NCBI GenBank assembly: GCA_002633005.1
Contig: NMRA01000441.1
Span: 310,001-374,000, forward strand
Direction of reading: 5' to 3'
Source: Phoronis australis
Lineage: Eukaryota; Animalia; Phoronida
DNA length: 64,000 nucleotides
Made by a program: the position numbers and the translations under genes. Within the stretch, counting starts at the first letter, position 1, and every line of letters starts with the position of its first letter. This document shows, piece after piece, positions 26,201 through 37,015 of this stretch. The notes under the pieces were generated by a model. That model was not told where the DNA came from and did not search any database. It saw only the letters and a list, made by a program, of their open reading frames with translations.

Positions 26201-29200
26201 ATTGAAACTATCCTGCAATTTAGTGACAGATTGGGAAGACACAAATTTTGTTGCAGGAGATAGATGCAGTCTGTAACCCTGACGTCATTCTCAACGATAC
26301 TCAAGAGTGGCAGGAAGAGCTGTCAGAACAGTTAAAGATTGATTCTTACGTGCCTCATGTGAGTTGTTCACCTGCCTTGCAGTAGTTAACCTGTTGTCAA
26401 TGTTGTTCACATTGACATTAGGTTTAAGTTCATTGATTTTTATGTGCCTCACGTGAGTTGCTCACAGCCTTGCAGTAACTTAGTCTCTGGTACACTGTAA
26501 CTTGAGCAGGACACAACAATTTGTCAATTTAAGCCTCGATAAATGTCACTTTTTATGCTTCGTTGCTATCAATGTATGATTGAGGGTCTGGGAATACCAT
26601 TAAAGTCCATACTTTCCAAGATCATACTAGCGAAATGCTGTAAATTTAATTTATTTGACCTCGCGACCTCAAACTCCATTTCTGCAACCCCTGATCCACC
26701 TCAATGTGATTAACTTCTAGAACACCTTGCATTATACACTGCAGCTGTTTCATGTTAACAAGTGTTGTGAAATTGTATGCTTAATTATCAGAAACCAGTC
26801 AGAACCTAAGATGGAAAATTAAGTTAAGTTATGTGTGCTTTTCAAACAAAATGGCTAGTTTTTCAGGCCCTCCGTAGCCCTCTAAGGAACAGTGATATTG
26901 AGGATGGAAACTTTTGAGCTTCTCTGAAGTCATGTAGCTGGTTAACTCAGCACTACCATTCAATAAAGTCTACAAAATGGCATTTCTTGGTTGTTTTTCT
27001 TATGTTTGATATATAGCTTGAGTGGTTCGCCCTTACCGTCTGATATATTGTACAGGGTAGTTAGAGTGGTTCACTTCAACCATTTGATTCTAGATGTAAA
27101 TTTGTGTTTCTTTGTTCTTGCATTCATTGTTAATGAATTGGTTTCTTTAACTTAGGCCAACCATCTTGAGAAGCAGTGGTCAGGCTATGTCCAAGCACCC
27201 AGCTCTGCGGTTAGTTGGGATACTGGTGTCAACTTGGATGTATTGAAATTTGTTGGGGCAAAGTCTGTTGACCACCCTGAAGACATGGTGAGTCTTTCTG
27301 TAGCTTAGTTAACTTATTTAATTGGTTACTGATGTGCAGGTATAGTTGTAAACTTGGTGATATCAATCTTGGTGGTATCAATCTTGAGCAGCAGTGAGTA
27401 TTTTGTAGTATGATGTATTGAATTATTAAAAGCTTTTCTGAATGGTGCATATGTCACCCTACCCAACCCTTTTATTCATGTCTGTACTTAACCATGTTTC
27501 TGTGATTTTATCCAAATTTGGTCCTGTTGCCTGTTGTTGTGCAATTAGTACTTCCCCTGGAAGGATAAAATCATAGTTCATCTAAAACTCTGTCCTTGTG
27601 TCACAAAGTGGAGTTAGTGGTTCAAGACGTGTTGCTTCTCTCCACAGTTGTACATAAACTGATCCGAAGCACGAGTCGCTCTTGCTGTTTTAGCAAAGAT
27701 AGTTCATGAGGAATTGCTAAACTTAAATTGAGGGTTGGGGATGGTCTTCAGGTCATTGTTTTGTTTCAAACATTGTTAAATTAGCGTTAATTTCCTTGAT
27801 ATCCATTTATAGTCAAAATCCGAGATTAGTATTTTAACAGCTGTCTATAGATAATATTTCCCAGTTCAAAATGTTATGTATGCGAAACTCTTGGTCTTAA
27901 AGTCCCTTGAAGCGGATTAGGTCAAGCCAAAGCAGCAAAGTTCAAACTCGAATTAATCTAGTGACTCTGAATTTTTTCATTGAACCAATCAGTGAACTCC
28001 ATTTGATCTGCGTTATTAATATGTGTAACCAGGGACTGTAACTTGCCATATTAAAATACCAAAACAAAGGTTGTTTTTTTAAAGATGGCACTCGCTTATG
28101 CCTTTAATGTCCACTGCAAAAAATGCATTTCATCTTTGCTGATTAGAATCATCTTTTTGCAGCATATACACCCCCTGTTGGCCAAAAGCACAGCTCCACA
28201 ATTAATATAAAAAAATAATTGCAGGCGGTCTGATACACATTGTACCAGACGTGTGCAGGCCTCGCATGTGGGCCCATTGCACTGATCACCTGGAAATATT
28301 TTTATGCTTTATTAATATATGGTTAAAACCGAGCTGAGGAGCTAGAAACCTGGCTCAAAGGTTTAGCAGTGTGACCTGGTGGGACTCGAACCCACGACCT
28401 CGAGTAGAGAAAGCATGCACTTATCAACCAGGCCACACAGCCTCCTCTTTGACTCCACAATTAACAGAAGGCTTTAATTTCCATTGCAAAAATGTAATTT
28501 ATTTGCAGCACATACACCCCCTGTTGGCCAAAACCCACTGCGCCCGTCGGCTGACACAGTTAACGGAGGGAGAAGGTCTAGACTGGGCCACAGCTGAAGC
28601 ACTGGCTATGGGCTCTCTTCTTTATCAAGGTTTGTTATTAATACCATTATGTCAATAATTTCTGAGTCATCCTGTGGTACCTTTATTCATGTTATGCTTA
28701 ATTAATACTTTGAGGTTTTCTGAGCCTGGATCTCATGTTTCTAAGCTGTGGATCCATCTTGTGTTTGGTCATGGAATTAACCCCCTTCCATTCAAGAGAT
28801 GGCCATTTTTTCATTGTCATTGGCAGGTTATAATGTGCGACTAAGCGGACAGGATGTGGGCCGCGGCACGTTCAGCCACCGTCATGTGATGTTGGTGGAC
28901 CAGAAGAGTGATGAGATGTACATTCCACTCAATCACATGACAGAGGACCAGCGGTACAGTCTGGAGGTGAGTCAACACGTAGCGTTCACTGGACCTGATT
29001 TATGCGGGACATGTAGTCGGTGTTTACCCTAATCTTCTGAATACCAGTGGATCCGCCTTACAAAGTTTTCGTGATCCATTTCAATTTCTTGGGGTCTGTG
29101 AAAGCGGAGCAGAAATCATTACACTAGCATTGACTGATGTACAGTGTAAATGCTGGGAATAACGAAGCGACTCTTGTGGTTCTTTTATCAACTGAAAATT

Positions 29201-32200
29201 GATAATTCGTGAAATGAAATTGTTGATTTTTGTTTCTTTGGTTATGAATGTTACATGCAGCGTTTCAAAATTAGGTCCAAGGTGACACCCTCTTAAACTT
29301 AATTGCGTCTTTTTGGGTCAAATGACACAGAATTGTAGCTTCGGGTGAACGCTGTACGGCCATTTCTGACCCAAACTGTCCTTGAAGTTTGCATCTTCTT
29401 ACACTGGATTGCAGACAATGGCAAATAATCTGGATCTACACTATCCATGCATGTCTTCTTGAAATCAGTAGTGTTCTGAAAATGACTTTGAATTATCAGC
29501 AGTTAAGAAACTGTGTCCTCTAACATTGCCTTCCTTTGATTTTCATTTGCTAACAATTGGATGGCACCATCTTAAAATACTGGACAGGTCTGCTCTTTTC
29601 ATGCAGTATTCGTCTACAGTCACTAGTTTGTATCCAAATGATTTCAGCTGTCATGATTTTAACATCAGTAAAGCTTTATGCAGCATGTAATGCATTTTTG
29701 TTGATAATACTTCACAGGTTGCCAACAGCATTTTGTCTGAAGAATCAGTGCTGGGCTTTGAGTACGGTTTCAGCATCGAGAACCCCCGTAACCTCGTTAT
29801 TTGGGAGGCACAGTTCGGCGACTTCTTCAATGGAGCGCAACCCATCATTGACACTTACATAACAGCAGGAGAGTGTGAGTCATGAATATTAGTTCAAAAG
29901 TGCTTCAGTGTGACTTTCAACTCGTATCTAAGTGTATTTATGTCTTACCATACTAACTAGCGCGTTATGTCTTTCATACAGCATGTCATGTTTAAGCGAC
30001 TGAGTGTCTAAAACTTTCGTCCATTTTTATCATTTAGTGGATTTGCTATAAAGGAATCGCGTCTTTGTTTGAATTTGATTACATTTAGTGAACAACTACA
30101 TATCGCCATCTGGCTTACTGAACACCGAAAACAGGCGCCTGCAAACCAACAGTCCACACAAGTCTTACACCTGACAATATAAACTTGGCATGAGTTGTAT
30201 TTCAAACAAAGGGATATTTCTGTCTTAGTGGTTGCTGTATCAGCTAGTGTTGTGGCGGTAGACTCTTTTCACATGCACCAGTTGCTGTCAGCAGGTTGAG
30301 CAGAATATCACATTAGAAATGTCACAAGGTGGTTTTGCTTGCGTATTGGTTATAGTTCATGAAAAGTGAGTCTTTTCTGCGTACAAATTGGTCAGAATCA
30401 AATTATAAATTCCATTAGACATTCATGCCATGGGTTGGTTAATATTTCTGCCGTGGGTTGGTGAACATTCCTGCTATGGTTTGTCAACATTCATGCCATG
30501 GGTTGGTCAAAATCAAATGAGAAATATTGTTTGCCATGAGTTTGTTACAAAGGGTTGGGAATTTGTTGCGGGCACAGTGTTGTTGATTTTGCAAACACGT
30601 CTTTGCACTTGATTAGTATTGTTGTGTGTATGACATTTAACTTTGCAATCATGATCTCATTGTAGCTAAATGGCTGCTGCAAAGTGGTCTGGTGATGCTA
30701 CTGCCAACAGGGATGGATGGTGCCGGGCCAGAACATTCCTCTTGTAGGATAGAACGCTTTCTGCAGGTGAGACTGAGGTGTATGGTTGAGGGATGTACAT
30801 TGTGTTTTATTGTTCAAAAGGTGAATAATCTGATGACCTAGCCAGCTCTAACAAAAGACTGGTTGTGAATAAATCGCCAGAGGTTTATTATTTGACTATC
30901 CTCAACCCCCTTACTGCGGTATCAGTCCCAGGGAACCAAGTAAGTGGTCGGTGATGCTAGTCTTTTCATGTGGATCCTTTTATTGCAGCAATGCGACAGT
31001 AAAGAAGACGCTGCTGACGGTGAGGATGTCAATGTTCACATTGTTCATCCAACCACGCCAGCTCAGTACTTCCATCTTCTCAGGAGACAGGTATTTCAGA
31101 AGTATAACGCCGTTAAGTGCATCGTAAAGTTGGGTCACAAGGGATTGGCTGGTTGTCATTTGCACATACCATTTTGAATTCTGTGCATTACGTATGCAGA
31201 AAAATGCTCATAGACATAAAACTAGACTATGATTTCTGCTGAAATTCCAATTGGCAATGCAAAATGACATTATGAATAGTTTTAGACAAAAAATATTAAG
31301 CACTTGATATTTTCTAGTGAAGCTGTTTTGATATGTTTTCCTACTGTAGCCGTGATATTCTTTCTTCATTTCAACTGCTGCTTCTTCTTGTAATTACGAT
31401 AGATTTTGTACATCCGTTTTCCACTTAATAAGTGTTTAAGCTTCTGGCTTTGCTTTGATTCTTGATTTATTGACATTACGTCATTCAGAACTATTCGGTA
31501 TTGGTCAAGAAATAATTCATGCAATGCTTTTGTTGTACTTGGTGGATTCTCTTGATTATGCCGAGTTATTGTCATTTTCCACTTGATCTAAACAAGAGAT
31601 ATAATGTTTTTGTTTTTGTATTCAGATGGTTAGAAACTTCCGTAAGCCATTAGTAGTAGCATCTCCCAAAGTGCTGCTTCGACTTCCGGCTGCGCAGTCA
31701 TCACTGAGTGAAATGGCTCCTGGAACTACTTTCTTACCCGTCATTGGTGACCCTGATGTCAACCCTGATGATGTCACCAGAGTTATCTTCTGCTCTGGAA
31801 AACACTTCTATGCACTTCACAAACAACGAGCTGCTGAAGGTGTGAAAGACACAGCTATAATTAGACTCGAGGTTTGTAAATCCTTTTGGTTTTTCTTGTC
31901 TGCACTTCTGGGTTTGGTTGCGTAAACTTTGAAACTTATCCGCTGGATAAGTTTGATGGTTGTATGATGTCAAATGCGTTGTTCAGCAATAACAGGGCGA
32001 CGCGTGATGGCACTTCATTGCTAGTGTATAAGTATTATGCAACCAGACCCCGTATTGTTGTATATTATGTTTCGTTGTTTATAGGAAAGTCAGTTTTATG
32101 GGTTTAGCATACACTTTAGAGAGGGATAAACTTGCAGTTTTCTGCAGACAGACTACTTTTGACACCATAAAACGTTAATGCATAAAGACTGTGTTCATTG

Positions 32201-32814
32201 ATTTATTTAGATTGATTGATCATAACAATTATAATAATAACAATAATAATAATCTTATGCTAACAAAAACATAAAACTGTCGATGCATAAAAAACATAGG
32301 ATGAAAATGATATGCAGACAACTATACTCTGCTGTCGTGAAAGGAGTCCTATGTTGTTGCGACAAACGTTATGACCTCAAGAAAGAAAACTGTCTGGCAG
32401 TTTCTAACGTACATACAGTACAAGCCAAAAGTACTCAGACAACGTTACCCGATGCCCAGTTCACCATCAGAGTGATTTTCTCTCGTGATTGAAGAGGAAT
32501 TACCAGGAAATTAGTAATGTGTCTAAACCATTCTGTAATTAAGAGGTTTGTTCTATTAATGGTTATTACCAGACGAGTCATTTTTTTCGCTAAACAGAAT
32601 TAGATGCCATGAGAGGAAAAGGGTATTTTGTGCGATTACTTTTGTCTTGTATTTTAGGCCAGTCCAACTGAAAGATACACATCGTCATATCAATAATCAA
32701 TGTGTACTTGCCGTGTGCAAAACAACCACGTTTAGTCTTGTGTTCATCAATAAATATCTGAAGTTCTGCAATTCCGATGCAGTAATTGAGACAAGTACAA
32801 CACATGCACGCACG

Positions 32815-32859
<45 letters not shown>

Positions 32860-34385
32860 TTACCAGTTTAAAGAGATGACAGTAAATGATGAATATACTG
32901 AAAAACTGAAAAAGGAAGTGGGAGGGTTCTATTAATCTTGTAGGATGGAATTAGGATCGAAACAAAGGTCGGAACTGGTCATAACCAGGTCACATTGACA
33001 CGCTATGTAGTATTACTCATAGAATACTTCATTTTTTGGTTAAATCTATAGATTTTGGCCGCTCTACGTTGCTGCTTTTTGGTACATACACCACAAAATT
33101 TGATGACCTTGCGAAAAGTATCTTCCTTTTGGGGGACACTTTTACTTGAAACTTTTCAAAGAAACAGAAAGAAATATTGTGCTTAGGAATGTTCCAAGCA
33201 AACATGGAACCGAAAGCTTGTATTGATAACTGGCCTGAAATGAAGTTCTAGAAGCAACAATGAAATGAAAAGCATGCAGTCAAAACTGACCTTAAATTTT
33301 TACTAATAACTTACTTGTGTCGCCCCACAAATGCACCTCAGTAGCAAAGGTCGAAGCGCATCAGAATCCATCATAAGTGGATGATAAATGCAATGACAAA
33401 GCTCAATGACAAAATCAAGCTTACGTTAAACTCATGTTTTGTGACTGTAGTAGTTGGAGAGACGGCAGAATATGTCTCCTTTATGTTTCACTCTTCATCT
33501 GTCGCATTTGCAGTCACTTTGTCCATTCCCCTTGCAAGAGCTGCAGACAGAGATGAAAAGGTTCCCTAAAGCTAACAAGTTCATCTGGAGTCAAGAGGAA
33601 CACCAGAATTATGGACCGTGGTCGTTTGTGAACCCGCGATTTGAAAACTTGCTGGGATGCAAAGTAAGTGTCTATTTTGTAAATGTCAAAAAAAAATGTG
33701 ATGGTGTCAACTTCAAAGTAAGCTAAAATAAGTCACAATGAAGTGAAATGACACCCGTGAGTAACTTGCCTTATTTTGACATGTATTTTTATTCCAAACT
33801 TTCTATTTCTCTAAATGCAGGCAGTCATGTAAATGCGGCACAGGTTTTTAACAGCTCAGGGACCGTTCCAAGAAAACTGACTTTGCTAAGACAAATCTTA
33901 CATTTCAATCAGTTTTAAGATTAACTTTTTATAAATTTGCCTCAAACCCATTTCAAGAAAGAGATCATAAGTTTGACTTTAGTTCTTGACTTAAGTTTTG
34001 TATTATCTTTGACTGTCTTACTGGATTCAGAAGTTTCAAAGTTTGGAAGTTGAGACAAATCCTGAACTTAACATGTTAGTATCTTGGAACGGGCCCCAAG
34101 TAGGTAATTACTTTGAGACTTGATTGATTGATTACCTTTACAAAATGTGTAGCGATAAATGCCAGCCTTAGCATCCTGCTAAGAACACTGATGAAATGAC
34201 AATTTTGTTTGCAGGGTGGTTTTGTTTTTTGGTGGTGATTGTGGATGACAACTTATCTTTGACATTGATGATTTTTTCAGCTGAATTATGTCGGACGCCG
34301 AGTTCTTGGTATGCCTGCAGTTGGAGTTGGACAAGTTCACCAACAGGAGGCATCAGATGTTGTGGCTAAGCCATTCGTATCGTGA
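14086..34385 (+). CDS. DHTKD1: 2-oxoadipate dehydrogenase complex E1 component (dehydrogenase E1 and transketolase domain-containing 1), mitochondrial; complete spliced gene
   Basis: 21 phase-compatible GT-AG exons totalling 2790 nt (929 aa + TGA). N-terminal Arg/Ser/Leu-rich presequence, then the DHTKD1-type GVYGFRPR. Other motifs: [17 protein letters not shown], ThDP-binding [10 protein letters not shown]...[91 protein letters not shown]. Confidence 0.96.
14807..15175. mobile_element. MITE-like inverted-repeat element in DHTKD1 intron 1
   Basis: TGTGCGTCAACTTGGAATCCTGTTAAATCTCAAGATC is approximately the reverse complement of GATCTTGAGATTAAACAGGTTTCCAAGTTCACGCACA (15139-15175). Confidence 0.6.
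16647..16764 (+). CDS. DHTKD1: DHTKD1 exon 2
   Basis: [38 protein letters not shown]; TTACAG acceptor, GTGAGT donor. Confidence 0.88.
17826..18006 (+). CDS. DHTKD1: DHTKD1 exon 3
   Basis: [12 protein letters not shown]...[25 protein letters not shown]. Confidence 0.9.
18440..19340 (-). mobile_element. Degenerate Penelope-like (RT + GIY-YIG) retroelement relic
   Basis: Frameshifted fragments YVDYT, LPFLD-like, [44 protein letters not shown] and [15 protein letters not shown], typical of the PLE RT thumb, linker and GIY-YIG end. Confidence 0.8.
19428..19540. repeat. 18-bp tandem repeat (GAATTGTGTGTGGGACAA)n
   Basis: About 6 copies. Confidence 0.9.
20188..20295 (+). CDS. DHTKD1: DHTKD1 exon 4
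   Basis: [36 protein letters not shown]. Confidence 0.92.
21050..21161 (+). CDS. DHTKD1: DHTKD1 exon 5
   Basis: [37 protein letters not shown]. Confidence 0.93.
21716..21813 (+). CDS. DHTKD1: DHTKD1 exon 6
   Basis: [32 protein letters not shown]. Confidence 0.93.
22878..22941 (+). CDS. DHTKD1: DHTKD1 exon 7
   Basis: [21 protein letters not shown]. Confidence 0.92.
23463..23536 (+). CDS. DHTKD1: DHTKD1 exon 8
   Basis: [24 protein letters not shown]. Confidence 0.93.
24133..24276 (+). CDS. DHTKD1: DHTKD1 exon 9
   Basis: [48 protein letters not shown]. Confidence 0.94.
24664..24855 (+). CDS. DHTKD1: DHTKD1 exon 10
   Basis: [33 protein letters not shown]...IHVNADFPE. Confidence 0.94.
25315..25506 (+). 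CDS. DHTKD1: DHTKD1 exon 11
   Basis: [46 protein letters not shown]...SENVL. Confidence 0.93.
26257..26358 (+). CDS. DHTKD1: DHTKD1 exon 12
   Basis: [34 protein letters not shown]; variable linker, phase 0-0, strong splice sites. Confidence 0.82.
27156..27287 (+). CDS. DHTKD1: DHTKD1 exon 13
   Basis: [44 protein letters not shown]. Confidence 0.92.
28206..28452 (-). mobile_element. tRNA-derived SINE (same family as 8994-9206)
   Basis: Reverse complement shares GTGGGTTCGAGTCCCAC...GATCAGTGCAAT.GGCCCACATGCG.GGCCTGC.CACGTCTGGTACAATGTGTA; 12-bp TSD CTCCACAATTAA (28194-28205, 28453-28464). Confidence 0.82.
28509..28629 (+). CDS. DHTKD1: DHTKD1 exon 14
   Basis: [40 protein letters not shown]. 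Confidence 0.93.
28827..28966 (+). CDS. DHTKD1: DHTKD1 exon 15
   Basis: [46 protein letters not shown]. Confidence 0.94.
29718..29874 (+). CDS. DHTKD1: DHTKD1 exon 16
   Basis: [52 protein letters not shown]. Confidence 0.94.
30666..30766 (+). CDS. DHTKD1: DHTKD1 exon 17
   Basis: [33 protein letters not shown]. Confidence 0.94.
30989..31090 (+). CDS. DHTKD1: DHTKD1 exon 18
   Basis: [34 protein letters not shown]. Confidence 0.94.
31626..31871 (+). CDS. DHTKD1: DHTKD1 exon 19
   Basis: [23 protein letters not shown]...[15 protein letters not shown]...AIIRLE. Confidence 0.94.
32416..32653. mobile_element. Tc1/mariner-type MITE (second copy)
   Basis: Starts TA|CAGTACAAGCCAAAAGTA; colinear with 4317-4574. 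Confidence 0.68.
32805..32858. repeat. (GCAC)n/(CA)n microsatellite
   Basis: Seen directly. Confidence 0.95.
33514..33663 (+). CDS. DHTKD1: DHTKD1 exon 20
   Basis: [50 protein letters not shown]. Confidence 0.94.
33859..34097. mobile_element. PIF/Harbinger-like MITE
   Basis: TIR GGGACCGTTCCAAGA / TCTTGGAACGGGCCC. Confidence 0.55.
34281..34385 (+). CDS. DHTKD1: DHTKD1 exon 21 (last coding exon)
   Basis: [34 protein letters not shown] then TGA. Confidence 0.93.
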   Translation: MNYVGRRVLGMPAVGVGQVHQQEASDVVAKPFVS

Positions 34386-37015
34386 TTAATCTAATGATAA
34401 CTACAGTAAAACTTCCCAATTGAGGTAGCAGTATTATAGATATGTTTATGTTTCCAAATCTTTTTGCATAAGTTTAGTAGCACAAAATGAATGATTTATA
34501 TACTCTAACTAGTCGGATAATGTTTAATAAGTTGTTGGCATTCTATACAGTGCCACACATTGTTTGTCAAAATACTCGTCAATCTGTCAGTTATATAAAA
34601 TAGACTTGTTTTGTTCATCGTATTGGGACCACAATTCAAAGCGATTTACACTTCTCATTTTATCTCAGATTTTGCTTCACATGATTTGCCAAGTCGATGA
34701 TGAAGAAATGTAATTTCATTCATCCACGAAATGTTGTGACTTATTGCAAGCCATTTGAACATGCCACTGGACAGCAGCAATATTTGACGGCATGGTGGCC
34801 ACAGATATATTTGGAGGACTTAAAATTACGCTAAATATGCAGCCTCGTCACATGTGGGTTGGTGTCAATGAATGTTTGTCAAACAAAAAGTTGTTGCCAT
34901 CTAGCAGTGCCCAAGAAAATGTTAGTGTTTAGGTTAATGGTGTTTGGAAAAATGATATTGTGGCCAGTGATTCTCTCTCACATGTAGATTAGACATTGTC
35001 AAACAGCGAGTGTTTATTGTTTCTTGAGCTGCACAAAGGTGGCGTGTTACTAGTTGTCTACCATCAGGATCTAGAGTCGAGCCTGCGCATTGTACTTTTT
35101 ATGTCTTTACTTATATTGGCAATTTATCGTGGTCTGAACCTTTCGTGATATTCACTTCTTGATCATGGTCAATTTACAAAATTTTGTTTCTCTGTGTATT
35201 GCCATTGTGGAAATGACAGAGCATTTCCGTAGATTAAATTAACATGTCCTGTTAGTTAGTTTGCATTCTGCATTCAAGTCTCACATTTGAAACGCGCACC
35301 AATTTGGTAATCTCAGTAATGTAATAATTTCAACTCACTTTCATTACTCGTTGTTGCACAATGTTTAAATTGGGAGTTGAACTTTTTATTTTTACAGTTC
35401 ACTATAATTGATATTATTGCCAGTGAATCAATTTAGGTATACTTGTAGTCTTGTACTAGGCATTTTTGCTTCATGACAATGTATATAAAGCAGCTTTACT
35501 TTGTTGTATTAAGGACAGCTTTAGTAATGTGACCATAACCTCGGGACATCCCATTTCTCAATGTATTGTCATTTTGATTTGATTGCGTGATGCTACAAAA
35601 CTCTTAGACTAGTTGTGAAAAAAGGCAAGTCAAGGTTGTGTAGGACCTTAGAAATGTGTTCCATTTTTGTCAACTTCGGAACATCTCATCTCAGAAATGC
35701 TGATTGTATTGTCATTAAACTTTCAGAAAAATGTTTCATTTTGCGTGAGAGGCTATCAAAAATAAGTAGGATTTATACGACTTCTATGAATTTTTTATAT
35801 TTGCAAAAAAACGAAATCGAAACAATTTAGAAAACTGTAACAGCATTTTTGAGTTTTTATCTTGAACATTACGTAATTTGGTCAAAGTTATTGATCCTGT
35901 TGTTTTGCTAAGAATGTACGTTTCTTTTTTGCTAAACTTTCCTAAAAAGCAAGATCATCCATGACCTAATGAGTGGCAGGTTGGTATGAAGTCAAAAATA
36001 AAATTCTACTGAATTTCTAATTTCAGACAATACATTTCTTTTGTGGAGTTAAATTCTCTAGTTTCATAGATATTCAGCTAAGTGTACAGACCCGTCGAAA
36101 AGATCCCACATAACCCCGCCACTTCTCGTTTTCTAGCGTGGTTTTACTGTGATCGGAATGGAGTTCAGGTTTAATTCTCACTTCATGAACCATTTCATCG
36201 GTCTTTAAAGAGGTCCTCATTTTACCCACTGAAGCAGTGCTCAATATAGCTTTAAGGTGACAAGTTGCCCGTGTTCACTTTGCGGAATCCAGCGCATGCT
36301 GATTTTATATGCTCATTTTGAGAAATGTTTATATTGTCTCAGCTTATTAGGTGATCAAGAGGAAGTAAAGGGCTTAATGATTAAGTACCAGGTGTTTTAA
36401 CGGATCTACGAGTCAACAAGTGGCCAGTGTTTTTTCTAGAGGTATCTGTTTTTTATTGTATTTTTACTGATTAGTATGTCTTATCCGATGGTTGCTTTGT
36501 TGTATTGTGTTGATACAAGTAGTCATATAGCTCACATTTAATCTTGACTATGGCAATGTTAAATGTCTGTACATTTACATTGAGGGGTATATTTTAAGAC
36601 CAAATGCTGTGCCATTTGCAAACTGCAACTCAATTCATTTATTTTGAAATTGCTTACATTATTATAACCAAGATTTGTACTATGGTATGACAACTCACTT
36701 CTGGTCCAAAAAGTTGAAGAAGTATACTCATCCTTTCTGTTGAGGTACACGGAGAAACAGCTGTTATGGTGTCTTTTGTCCTTGAATAAAATTTTGAGCT
36801 CAGGCAGTTGTTTCACGTTTAGATTATAATACAGAAAAGGTTAATAAAAAATTGATTTGTTTTAGGCAGTCATCAGAAGTTCAGTAATTGTAATTCTTCA
36901 CGGATTTAGCACACAATATGGCGGACAAGTGGAATGTCTTTTTGTCAATTTTCTCTACAAAAGTAAAGAACATTTATAAGATGATTTGTACTGCGTAGAT
37001 GTCATAAAACAATAT

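Noticed and set aside
14086-34385. Alternative call as OGDH/OGDHL
   Set aside because: Short N-terminus with [15 protein letters not shown] and [16 protein letters not shown], plus a length of 929 aa, fit DHTKD1
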